64,000 nucleotides of DNA from Scyliorhinus canicula (Eukaryota). Positions 51,290-62,722 of the stretch are shown piece by piece. Made by a program: the position numbers and the translations under genes. The stretch lies in NCBI RefSeq assembly GCF_902713615.1, contig NC_052147.1, forward strand, positions 185,716,267 through 185,780,266, in the 5' to 3' direction. The notes under the pieces were generated by a model. It saw nothing but the letters and a program-made list of their open reading frames with translations. It searched no databases and was not told where the DNA came from. Positions within the stretch are counted from its first letter, which is position 1. The number at the start of each line of letters is the position of its first letter.

Positions 51290-54050
51290 GTGGCCCACAT
51301 TAAGGTGACAGTACGGGTCAATGGTCACCCACTTGAGATGGTGTTGGACACTGGTGCAACGGTCTTCGTGATCGCCCAGAGGACATTCGACCACATAAAG
51401 CAGGGTGTACGGACCCTTACATTAACGATGCACAGGCCAGGTTGGCCACCTACACAGGGGAACCATTGGACATCGCTGGAACTACAATAACCCCTGTTGT
51501 TTATGGACGCCAGGAGAGGCGTGTCCCACTTATCGTGGTGCACAGCCACGGTCCCAGCCTGTTGGGTTGGGACTGGTTGCGCCATTTGCGGCTTCAGTGG
51601 CAGCACGCCCTCCAAACAGGTTCTGAAGGGTTGACGGAGGTACTAGGACGGTACCCAGATGTACTCCAGCCCTGTTTCGGGAAGATAAAAGGGGCCATAA
51701 CCCATAGCCAAGATCCACGCCGCGCTATTTCCAGCTTCGCTCGTTGCCTTAGGCCTTGCTCGAGGAGGTAGAAGGGAAGCTCACTCATTTGGAGTCCTTG
51801 GGTATTATCAGGCCCATCTGTTTCACTGACTGGGCAGCACCAATTGTACCTGTAATGAAGCCAGATGCCACAGTTCGCTTGTGCAGTGACTATAAACTTA
51901 CAGTGAATACGGCTTCCCGGCTCGACCGATATCCAATGCCTTGCAGGTGGACTCTCATTCACGAAATTAGATATGAGTCACGTTTACCTACAGTTGGAGC
52001 TGGACCCTGCCTCCCGGCCATATGTAACTATTAATCCACACAGGGGCCTGTACGAATATACACGGTTGCCCTTTGGTGTATCTTCTGCCTGCGCTATCTT
52101 TAAACGCTTCATGGAGGACATCTTGAGAGGTTTACCGCGTGTCGCTGTCTACTTGGACGACATTTTGATTACAGAGACGTCGGAGCAGGACCATTTGGAA
52201 AATTTGAAGGCTGTCCTTAGACACTTCTCCAAGGCTGGAGTCCATTTACGTCATACAAAGTGTGTCTTTCAGGCGAAGGAAGTGGTTTACCTGGGTTATC
52301 AGGTGGACCACGAAGGTTTGCACCCCGTTGCAGAGAAGGTGCACGCAATTCAACAGGCCCCCGCCCCGACTGACAGTTCACATCTTCATTCTTTTCTCGG
52401 CCTCGTAAATTATTACGGGTGATTCCTCCCCAATCTGGCAACTACACTGGCCCCGTTGCACCTTCTGCTAAAGAAGAATCACACTTGGGTTTGGGGTCAG
52501 CCGCAAGAAACCGCTTTCCGGTGGTTAAAACAGTAATTGTCGTTGTCCTCGTCAGGGTTACTAACCTACTATGATCCTGGAAAGCCTTTCCTCATCACGT
52601 ATGATGCATCCCCATATGGTATTGGGGCCGTCCTGTCCCACAAGATGGAGAACGGGGCCAAGCGGCCGATAGCTTTCGCCTCCCGCACATTGACTGCAGC
52701 GGAAAAAAAGTACGCGCAGATCGAGACGGAGGGCCTGGTGGTGGTCTTTGCGGTGAAATGCTTCCACCAGTATGTGTCTGACCGCCATTTCACTATCGTG
52801 ACAGATCATAAGCCTCTGCTGGGACTTTTCCGAGAGGATAAGCCAATACTGCCCATTGCTTCTGCACGGATCCAACGCTGGGCTTTGTCACTCTCTGCCA
52901 ACCAGTAGTCTCTGGAGCATAAACCAGAGTCCCAGGTAGCGAATGCCGATGCACTGAGCCGATTGCCTTTGTCGAACGGCCCCATGTCGACCCCCACAAC
53001 AGGTAAGGTGGTTACTACCCTAAATTTTATGGACTCCTTGCCTATCACGGCATCACAGATCTGTGAGTGGACCCACACAGAGCCAGTCCTGTCAAAGGTT
53101 TGGCACATAGTCCTGTATGGTGGGCAGCATAGACAGCTCCCAGGCACGTTGCAGGCATTTTCCTCCAAGCTGTCACAATTTAGCGTGGAAGACAGTATCC
53201 TTTTGTGGGGGACGCGTGTGGTCGTCCCGGAAAAAGGACAGGACCTGATACTACAGGACCTGCACAATGGGCATCCGGGTGCGACCAAAATGAAAATGTT
53301 GGCCTGGAGTTATGTCTGGTGGCCAGGCCTCGACACAGACATTGAGAAGGTGGCCCAAAACTGCTCCATTTGCCAGGAGCATCAGAAGCTTCCGCCGGCC
53401 GCGCCCCTACATCACTGGGAATGGCCAGGACGGCCTTGGGCGCGCTTGCATGCGGATTTCGCCGGCCCTTTTCAAGGATCCATGTTTCTTCTATTAATCG
53501 ATGCCCAGTCTAAATGGCTAGATGGTAGACACAACGTCCTGACACTGATCGAGAAAATACGTTTGTCTTTCAGTACACATTACCTCCCCGAGGTGCTCTT
53601 CATGGACAAAGGCACTCCTTTCACAAGTGAGGAGTTTGTGAGGTTCATGAAGATAAACGGTATACGCCATATCCGCACTGCTCCTTACCACCCAGCTTCC
53701 AATGGGTTGGTGGAGCGCGCAGTTCAGACATTCAAACAAGACCTAAAGAAGCAGTCTTCCAGGTCTATGGACACAAGACTGGCTTGTTTTTTGTTTTCAT
53801 ATAGGACCACTCCACATGCGGTAACTGGGGTAGCTCTCACGGAACTCCTAATGGGCCGGGGAATTCGCACCTGCCTGAGCATGGTTTCCCCGGATATTGG
53901 CGCAAAGGTATGCCACACTCGAGAACGGCAGGGACATGGCTTTGGCCGATTCGGCAGTTTGAGCCTGGTGACCTGGTGTTCATTCAAAATTTTGCTGGTA
54001 GTGCCCAGTGGATCCCTGGCGTTTATCTTTCGACGAATGGGCCTGATTTC
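51290..54050 (+). pseudogene. Gypsy pol (protease, RT, RNase H, integrase) with frameshifts and stops
   Basis: MVLDTGA; WAAPIVPVMK; RLPFGVSSA; VYLDDILI; DASPYGIGAVL; TDHKPL; HNGHPG...CSIC; LHADFAGPF; YHPASNGLVER. Confidence 0.92.
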
Positions 54051-54051
54051 T

Positions 54052-54377
54052 TAGAACATAGAACTTAGAGTGCAGAAGGAAGCCATTCGGACAATTGAGT
54101 CTGCACCGACCCATTTAAGCCCTCACTTCCACCCTATCCCCGTAACCCAATAACCCCTCCTCCTCTTTTTGGTCACTGAGGGCAAATTATCATGACCAAT
54201 CCACCTAGCCTGCACGTCTTTGTACTGTGGGAGGAAACCGGAGCACCCAGAGGAAACCCATGCAGACACTGAGAGAACGTGCAGACTCCGCACAGACAGT
54301 GACCCAGCGGGGAATCAAACCTGGGACCCTGGTGCTGTGAGGCCACAGTGCTCGCCACTTGTGCTACCATGCTGCCC
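54052..54377 (-). mobile_element. HE1-type V-SINE in the Gypsy integrase tail
   Basis: Complete head, core and tail. Confidence 0.9.
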
Positions 54378-54885
54378 AGGTGCAAGCCCAGGGTCATCTC
54401 CAGCGCAAGCATGTCGACCACATTCGGTCCAGAAGGCTGCCTCTTCAAATATTCCCTGCCCCCGGAGCTCACTTTGACAGCCGCAGAGACCAGACACAGT
54501 GGAGGGTGTTCCTCACGATCTTCCTCTGGCGCCGCACTCAAAATCTTATATGTTATTGTAAATTAAGTTTTCTTTCTGTTCTACAAACTCATGCTGTATT
54601 CTTCATGGCCCTCACAAAAATCTCATACACTGCAGTCAGGTCCCCTCTCAACCTTTCGCTGCCCGGAAGAAAACAACCTGAGTTTACCTATCTCTCTTCA
54701 TAGCTAAAATGCTTCATCCCTGCAACATCCTGGTGAATCTCCTCTGCACCCTCTCTCTGTAATCGCATCCTTCTTATCGTGCAGTGACCAGAACTGAACA
54801 CCGTACTCCAGCTGTGGCCATAAATTATACCTATACAGCTCCAACATATGATCACTGCTCTTATAATCTATGCTACAACTAATAA

Positions 54886-55089
54886 AGTAAGAAGTCTTAC
54901 AACACCAGGTTAAAGTCCAACAGGTTTGTTTCAAACACGAGCTTTCGGAGCACGGCTCCTTCTTCAGGTGAAGAAGGGAGCCGTGCTCCGAAAGCTCGTG
55001 TTTGAAACAAACCTGTTGGACTTTAACCTGGTGTTGGAAGACTTCTTACTGTGCTCACCCCAGTCCAACGCCGGCATCTCCACATCATG
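54886..55089. mobile_element. Penelope-like fold-back insertion with a hammerhead motif (54936-54970, minus strand)
   Basis: About 80-bp near-perfect inverted arms at 54886-54966 and 54969-55050; TSD-like ACAACT(A)ATAAAG; minus strand CACCTGAAGAAGGAGCCGTGCTCCGAAAGCTCGTG. Confidence 0.85.
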
Positions 55090-55869
55090 ACAACTATAAA
55101 GGCATGTGTCTCATCTGCCTTCTTGACTACCTTATTACCTGTCCTTGCCATCTTCAGGGATCTGTGGACAAGCACCCCAAGATCCCTCTGTTTCACTGAG
55201 CTTCATGGTGCTCTGCCATTCATTGAGTACTCCCTTGTCATGTATCCTCCAAAAGTGCATCAACTCACACTTTTCAAAATTAAATTCCATCTGCCACTGA
55301 TCTGCCCATTGACCAATCCATCTATATTCTCCCGCACTTCAGTCCTTCTTCACTGCCAATCACATGGCCAATCTTCATGTCATCCTGCAAGCTCACCTAT
55401 CATCTGCTCAACATTGTCTACTATATCGTTTATATATATAATATCACAAGCAATAAGTGGACACACCACTGGTCCCTGTGGTCCGCCACGGGACCTGGCC
55501 TCCAGTCACACAAACAGCCCTCGTCCCACTACCCCCGTCCCCTATCACAAAGCCAATTTTGGATCCGACTTCCTACGTGACCTTGGAGCCTATCTGCTTT
55601 TACCTTCTTAATCAGTCTCCTGAGCCTTGTCAAAGTCTTTGCTGAAATCCATATAAACTACATCAACTACACTTGCTACACATTTTAAAAAAAAGCTAAA
55701 ACCACAAGGCTAGTTCACTAAAGGCAAATAATCTTGATCTTTAACTAAAGTTTAAAGATTTGTTCCAAATTTTAAAATATAAACTTTAAAAGAAGTCTAA
55801 ATAAAAAGAGAATACTGTGTAAACTCAGCAGGCTTGGCAGTGTCTGTGGTTAGAGAACAGAGTTTAACA

Positions 55870-55986
55870 TTTCCCGTACCAGCCCTCCCCGAACAGGCGC
55901 CGGAATGTGGCGACTAGGGGCTTTTCACAGTAACTTCATTGAAGCCTACTCGTGACAATAAGCATTTTCATTTCATTTTTCATTTC
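55870..55986 (+). mobile_element. 5'-truncated second-head SINE (another tail fragment at ~59420-59508, minus strand)
   Basis: TTCCCGTACCAGCCCTCCCCGAACAGGCGCCGGAATGTGGCGACTAGGGG followed by (TTTCA)n. Confidence 0.75.
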
Positions 55987-57589
55987 GGGTTCATCTGAGT
56001 TTCTTAAGAAGCCCCTTTTGGATAGTGTAGGGAAGGGATTTTTAACAATCAATGAATCGTGACTCATAGTGCTATGTTTCCTTGTCATTACTTGGTTAAG
56101 CTCCAAATTCTTTACATAAGTTTCTATTTTTGATTTATGAAATCACTGTTGTGGATTCTATCAAGCTGGTGCATTGAAGACCACTAGTCATTACACTGTT
56201 AAAATGTTGTGCTTCCAGTATTAGGAACTGCAAAACATTGCACAAACTGCTTAACATACATTGCTTATCTGACTCCTCAACATCAACTGTTTTCTGATTC
56301 CTTAGCAGTGAAACCCATGAGCATGGTAGTATTTGTACCTGGACGCAATAACCTGTATTCCTAAAGAAATTGCAACGGCTCCCATGTCTTTTTGAATTTT
56401 ACGTAGAGTTACATAAAATGAAACACGTACAATTAGGCCATTTTATCCACTTTAATCTATACTCATCCCATTCCATCTACTTCACCTTAGTCCATCAGCA
56501 TGTTTTTGTCTATTCCATTTTATTCATTTGGGGCATCTATATGGGAATGTTCGGCTCCTGCAGCAGCTCTGTGGCTGACATGCTCTTCCATTCTCAAATC
56601 AGTGGAGTCCTCTTGTTTTTTATATTTTAACTAAGCCTTTTGATCACTCTTAAGTGAAACAACCAATCCACAGGATTTCCCTTTCAGTGCATGACAGGGA
56701 GATGAAAGGTTAATCTGAGTGAACTAGACACCTAGGGCTGCTGCTCACTCACTGCTCGTTTCCTTTGAAGTAGGAGCCCACTACTTGAAGATGTCTTCAG
56801 CTCTTTGCAAACAGTAATTATGTAATATTTCTATTTTATGAATAGATGGAGAGGTGGATTGCAATCCTATGACTGTCCAATGAGGCATTTACGAGGTCAG
56901 ATCTGAAACACTGCTTTTCATGTCATAAAAGTTGTTATTTTTGAGTCAACAGCGGCCTGCCTTTCAAGAGGATTCCCAATGGGTCAGCCATTACAGATCA
57001 CGATGTTTATCTGCTTCCCAATTCAGCCTGCATGCAACACATAAAAAGCCTGAGGCAGTTAGCCAAGCAATCTTGAACTGGTGCAGTTAATATGCAAATG
57101 TTCCCCTTTGGGATTTTGAGGCTATAATCTCCAATACCACCAGCTGTCCTTAGCTATGATTGTAAATTTGTTCTACCCTCCGGATATAAGACCAAGGAGA
57201 TCTATTGAACAAACAGCTAATAGTTATAATTAAGCTTCAAAACTCATTGAAGAAACAAGGAAGTCTGGCACTCACATAGCACCTTTCAAACCACTTTACA
57301 GATAATCTCATAAACACTTAACGACAAATGAAGTAATTTTGAAGTGCGTTCACTGTTATGGCACGTTCAAAATTGATATATTTCCTTTCACTACCCATGG
57401 TCAGTATGTTTATGTAGGAGCGGTGTATTTTCTTAACCTCAGAGCAACAATCTCAAATAAATAATTTCCAGCAGCAAGCTTCTTGTGAGTTTAAAATTAA
57501 AGGAGGATATTTATTATCACAAAATGGCTGGGATTTCAAAACACCACAGGCTTAGTGTCCTCCGTCCACTTCCAATAGCAGAGTTTTAG

Positions 57590-58640
57590 ATGTGACAGGG
57601 AATCCAGCGCCAGGCAAAAAATGGGATGGGCCGCCGATCCAATGCTCTGATCTAACCATGGCAGTGGCTTTGAGGTTCATGCCACACACTGGCGGGTGGA
57701 GGAAAAAGTGTCAAATTGACCAGTTTGCATCCTATTAACCGGCTGTGTACTGAATTCTCCAATCCCGCATCATTCTCCGATCCTCCGGGCCAGGATTCAC
57801 ATCGGTGAGAACTGGTGCAGCTATGTACAAGCGTGACCCTGATGTGGCAGACATCATAGTGGACCATTAGGGTAACTCTTTAAGGGAGTTACCCTTAAAT
57901 CCATCAGAGGACCACCCCTCACCCCAATGCAAATTTAGCCCACTCCACTCTCACAAGAACCCCTACCAGAAACCCCCCATAAGAGGGACCCCCACCAAAA
58001 CCCTGAATTACAGAGATCCTCACCAGAAACCTCCAAATACCAGAAACTCCCACTAGAGACCCCCCAGTAAGATTGATCCCCGCCAGAGATCCACCAATTA
58101 CAGAGGTTCCCACCATAGACTCACTGGGTCTCTTTTATGAGGGGCCTTATGGGAAGCTTCCATGCAAGGGTCTCTCTGATGGGGACTTGCAGGTAGAGAT
58201 CTCTGTAATTTGGGGGGGTGCTGGTGGGGGTCTCTTATGGGAGGATCTCTGATGGGGGTCTTTGTAATTGGAGGATCTCTGGTGGGAGTCTCCCTTATGG
58301 GGGTCTGACAGGGTCAGTGGCGGGGGCCCGGGTTATTGTAGTACTGTGGGGAGGGGATGACCCAGAAATTCCCTTGGTCTGGAGGGGGAGTGGAATTGCG
58401 CTGTAGGGGAGTGGGGAGCAGTTGCTGGCCCTTGCTATCGGGATGCCTGCTCAATGGCGGCCGATAGCCGCATTCACTAGGGAATCCCTCGCAGTCCCTG
58501 CCATCCATAACATTTGCATGGCAAGGGATTGTGAATTGCTTCTGGATTTGAACTCCCAGTATGAATGTAAATCAGTAATGATTTATCTCTGGAGGGAGAA
58601 CAATAGTCTCCAAAATGGGAATCCTACCCGGCATCTTACT
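57590..58640. mobile_element. Degraded MITE-like element with an internal inverted tandem array
   Basis: C-rich ~29-30-bp repeats at ~57955-58120 mirrored by G-rich reverse complements at ~58125-58315. Confidence 0.45.
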
Positions 58641-59685
58641 CACCTCACACACACTTTTTTCACACACAAAGATTAGATACAGATGAAGATGAAACATACA
58701 CTTATAGTTATCTCAGTATTCCATGGCCGGCCTATACTTTCTTCGATGAAGTTGATAATTTAAAGTTGAACTGAAATTTTCAGTAAGCTGCAAGGTTCAT
58801 TGCTGTCAAACCTTCAGGATGTTGGTTCTCAGGTGAACTTGAAGTTGCAACAGGTTGAGGGAACCCGTCTCATACTTTCAGGTGTTGCTGTTCATTGTGT
58901 GGCTGCTTGGATGACTTGCAGCTATTTTGGTGGGTTTTGACAGGATTCTTCCCCTCTGACTCAGCTTCTACTGGTTCAAAAGCACACAAGCAAAATGGTT
59001 TCTTATCATGTGTCTTCCACAAGTTTGAAATCCTTTTTTCAAACAAGGGTGATGTTTCCATTTATTCAAATCATTGTGTGTTATCGTTTGACGTCTTGAG
59101 AATTTGGGACAACTAGTGTTGACCTATTGAATTTGAAATTACCCTTTTTGAATTACTTTCAGGAAAGGTCATTGATACAACACCAGTCTGGAAGGTTCCT
59201 TTTGTTTTCTCTTGAGACATGGAGTGGATTAAATCTAAAAGAGAAGTCAGGTGTACTTCAGACAGGTAATTTTTGATGCTGTTTATTGTGATGTAAAAAT
59301 ACAAAGTTCATAATAAACTGGAACATGACAGTTGGAATGCAGCGAATACAGCAGTCAATATGCTCTCAGGAAACCCCCTCAAACAGCAGTGCGATAATGA
59401 CCAGAACATTATTTTTTGCAATGAAATGAAATGTAAATCGCTTATTGTCACAAGTAGGCTTCAAATGAAGTTACTGTGAAAAGCCCCTAGTCGCCACATT
59501 ACAGCGCCACTGTTCTAAAGCCAACTTATGTTTAATTTCTCATGCACAACAACATTTTCAATCGGCTAGTTAACGGAAATAAACCACCCAATAAGCTGAA
59601 TCGTCTCCTCTAGGATAGGCAGTCTGCATTAATGCTTAAGTATATGGGTGGTGAATGCAGATGGAACTGGAGATTTTGCCTGCTT

Positions 59686-59895
59686 TGTTGATTGGGGAAT
59701 AAATATTGGCCAGGACACTGTGAGATAACGCCCTTACCCTTCATCAAAATAGTGCTTCAAGACCCTCCTCCAGTGTGACAAACCCCACTACGGCACTAAA
59801 TCGTCAGGTTCGATTTTTGCACTCAAGTCTTGGATTGGACCTTGAAATCTTATGACTCAGAGGCAAAGTACTACCAACTGAGCCATATCTGACAT
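59686..59895 (-). mobile_element. DeuSINE-like (SacSINE1 / AmnSINE1 type) relic
   Basis: GAATAAATATTGGCCAGGACAC...CAAAATAGTGC resembles the Deu domain from memory; tRNA-like head TGACTCAGAGGCAAAGTACTACCAACTGAGCCA. Confidence 0.6.
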
Positions 59896-60472
59896 TAATC
59901 TAGTGAAAAAAACTAACAAAAGGTGTTTTTATAAAATAAGCAGGAGATGTGTGAGGCTCTAATGTATCCAATAAGTTTTACAAGAAATTGTAATAGTCAT
60001 GAGAGTCAGTGGAGTGGAGACTTCTCAGACTTATGGCCTCAAAAAGTGAGTGCAAATGGAAATGAGCACACCGTGAGCAGGGAGCATATATCTGTTCGCA
60101 TGGTCACAGGGATCTTAAGAAATTCGAAAGCAAATACTGCAGATGCTGGAAAGCTGAAATAACAACAGAAAAATGCTGAAACATCACAGACCTAAAACTC
60201 TGTTTCCAGCTCTACAGATGCTATCAAATCTATTGAGGGTTTCCAGTATTTTTCTGACCCTGTGAAATCAATACTCTTTGCTCATGAGTCAGGCATGTAA
60301 CAATCTCTACACAGTGTTCACCGACTGCCTGATTATTTGGACGGAAGGTAGGGAACCAAGGTTCACTGTCTCCATGTAAAGGCAACCAATACCTCTTAAG
60401 AGAGAGGCACAGTCTAACTGCAGGCAGCAGAAACAAACCGATAAGTGAGGAGAAGTTTCAAGAGTTATAGAG

Positions 60473-60853
60473 TGTCATAATATACACCAGTATATCATGG
60501 TGCAGACACACACACTGATGGACATACAGTAGGACCAATCAACATGCCTAACACCGGAGCCAATCACCAGTTAGAGCACACTCACTATAAAGACAGAGGG
60601 CATCAGTTTTCCCGCTCATTCGGGATGCAGCCTTTCAGAAGTACAAGTGCTTACAACGTACAGCACAGATCCTCACCATGTGCTGAGTGATTAGACTGCT
60701 TAGGATAGGCAAAGGTCTTTAGTTAATCTAACATTGTGTTAACCCACAGTAAGAATATGTTCAACAGTATATAGTTTAATAAAATAGTATTGTACTATTT
60801 TAAGTACTGGTGGCCTGTATGTGTTCCACGGATCCAGAGCACCCAACACATCA
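60473..60853 (+). mobile_element. Solo LTR
   Basis: TG...CA ends; TSD TAGAG (60468-60472 and 60854-60858); two CCAATC boxes, TATAAA at ~60586, AATAAA at ~60778. Confidence 0.87.
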
Positions 60854-61514
60854 TAGAGGAGGGCAGTCAGGATCTCTGATGCAGTGTTCATGGACCTCCT
60901 TCATGCGGTGACAGAAGGAGGGAGATCGATCCTGCACTGGGGAAGTAGGATTCACTGTCTGCACCATCTCTTTTCAGTGTGATAGTAAGTCACTGAGGAT
61001 GCTAGTGCCAGCAGCTTAGCTGTCAAGACAAGCAATACTTTAAACAGTTTAATCATTTCACCAGAGTTGTCAAGATGTCAAGATAAGAGTATCACCTTTC
61101 AACACAACTACTCTCACTTCGCCTCTCACCTACAGCAGCATTACTTACATTGTTCTCCCTGCTCCCCGTTTCCTTCTATTGCCCTACAATAACTACACCC
61201 GCACCTCCTTCTAATTTTCAAATTGGTAACACTGCGATGTAGCAAAGCTAGTTTGTATTATGCATCTACTGAAACAATAGTGATGATGTTAAAGGATAAC
61301 TTGAATGCATAATGTAGATTTGCACCTCAATGTAATACTGAGGGATTGCTACTTTGTTGAAGACGCAATTAAAGGAAGGCACGATGATACCATCTACACG
61401 ATTCACTGCAGCAACTCACCAAGACTCCTTTATCAGAACCATCCAAACCCCCAACCTGACTCACATAGAGCGGCAAATATTTGGGAACATCATCACTTGC
61501 AAGTTCCTCTTCAA

Positions 61515-62722
61515 GCTTGGATTTGTTCAAGGAAGGTCTTGCATCACATATTTGATGGAATTATTTGAGGCAGTGACAAGAAGGGTTGATAAGGTAGTGC
61601 AGTGGATTAGTGTACATGGATTTTAATGCGCATTTGGCAAAGTCCCACATGGCAGATTGGTCAAGAAAGTGAAAGCCATGGACAACAGAGCAATGTGGCA
61701 AAGTGAGTAAAATGTTGGCTCAGTAACAGGACACAAAGGGTAATGGTTGATGGCTACCCTTGTAATTGGGAAGTTGTTTCAAGTGGTTTTTCACAGGGCT
61801 CAGTGTTGGGACCCTTACTGTTTGTGTTACTTAGTAATGATTTGGACGCGAATGTGGGGAGCTTGATTGGGAAATTTGCAAATGACACAAAGATTGGTCG
61901 AGTGAAGTATACTGTAGAGGATAGTATAACCTTCAAAAATATATAGATGGATTGGCGGAGTGGGCGATAAAGTGGCAGAGCAATTTAGCACAGAAGAGAA
62001 GTGTGAGTTCATGAATTTCGGGAGGTTGAACAGTTGTAGGGAGTACACAGTAAATGGGAATATACTAAGAGGGATAAATGAAGTGAGGGATCTTGGCAGA
62101 CAGGTACACAGGTCCCTAATGTCAGCAGTTCAAGTAGACAAGGTTGTTAAGAAAGCATATGGAATGCTCTCCTTCATTGGCAGAGGTATAGAATATAAAA
62201 GTAAGGATATAATATAATATAAAACACTGGTGAGGCAACAACTGGAATATTGTGTGCAGTTGTGATTGCCACATTGCAGGAAGAGTGTAATTGCTCTGGA
62301 GAGAGTGCAGAGGAGGTTTATAAGAATGTTGCCAGAGCTAGAAAAGTGTGGCTACAAGGAGAGATTGGATAGGTTGGGGTTAATTTCCTTGGAACAAAGA
62401 AGCCTGAGGTGTGACTTAATTGAGTACAAAATTATGAGGGAAACAGATAGGGGGGCAGAATAAAATTGTTTCCCTTGGTGGAGAATTCTAGAACTGGGGG
62501 ACATAGATTCACGATAAGTGGCAGAAGGTGTAGAGGGGACATGAGAGGCCCTAAACTCTTTTAAAACGTACCTGGATCTGCATCTAAAGTGCTGTAAGCT
62601 ACAGGACTCTGGACTGGGTGCAGGAACGTGGGATTAGAAAGGGCACCTGGGTGTCCCTGGGCTGGTACGGTCAAGATGGGCTGAAAGGCCTCCTTCTGTG
62701 CTGTAACTTTTCTATTATTCTA
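61515..62722 (+). mobile_element. CR1 RT to 3' tail fragment
   Basis: GFVQGRSCITYLMELFE, QGSVLGPLLF, KFANDTKIG, LERVQRRFIRMLP, terminal TTCTATTATTCTA. Confidence 0.88.

Larger units (their letters stand above)
45701..54619 (+). mobile_element. Gypsy/Ty3 LTR retrotransposon, near full length, inactivated and multiply nested
   Basis: TSD ATCTC (45696-45700 and 54620-54624); 5' LTR 45701-45983 followed by PBS-like TGGTGACGAG; partial 3' LTR ~54546-54619; domain order gag-PR-RT-RH-IN. Confidence 0.92.
43412..55680 (-). mobile_element. CR1 host element in pieces (43412-43627, 45603-45700, 54620-55680)
   Basis: FTQRLVGIWNELP; IMRVMGRVDRKQLLPL; LELYRYNLWPQLEYGVQFWS. The pieces join colinearly once the inserts are removed. 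Confidence 0.75.

Noticed and set aside
60130-60255. Additional hammerheads in a second Penelope-like terminal family (also ~18130-18270 and ~55805-55870)
   Set aside because: The CUGANGA core is missing or too decayed to call.
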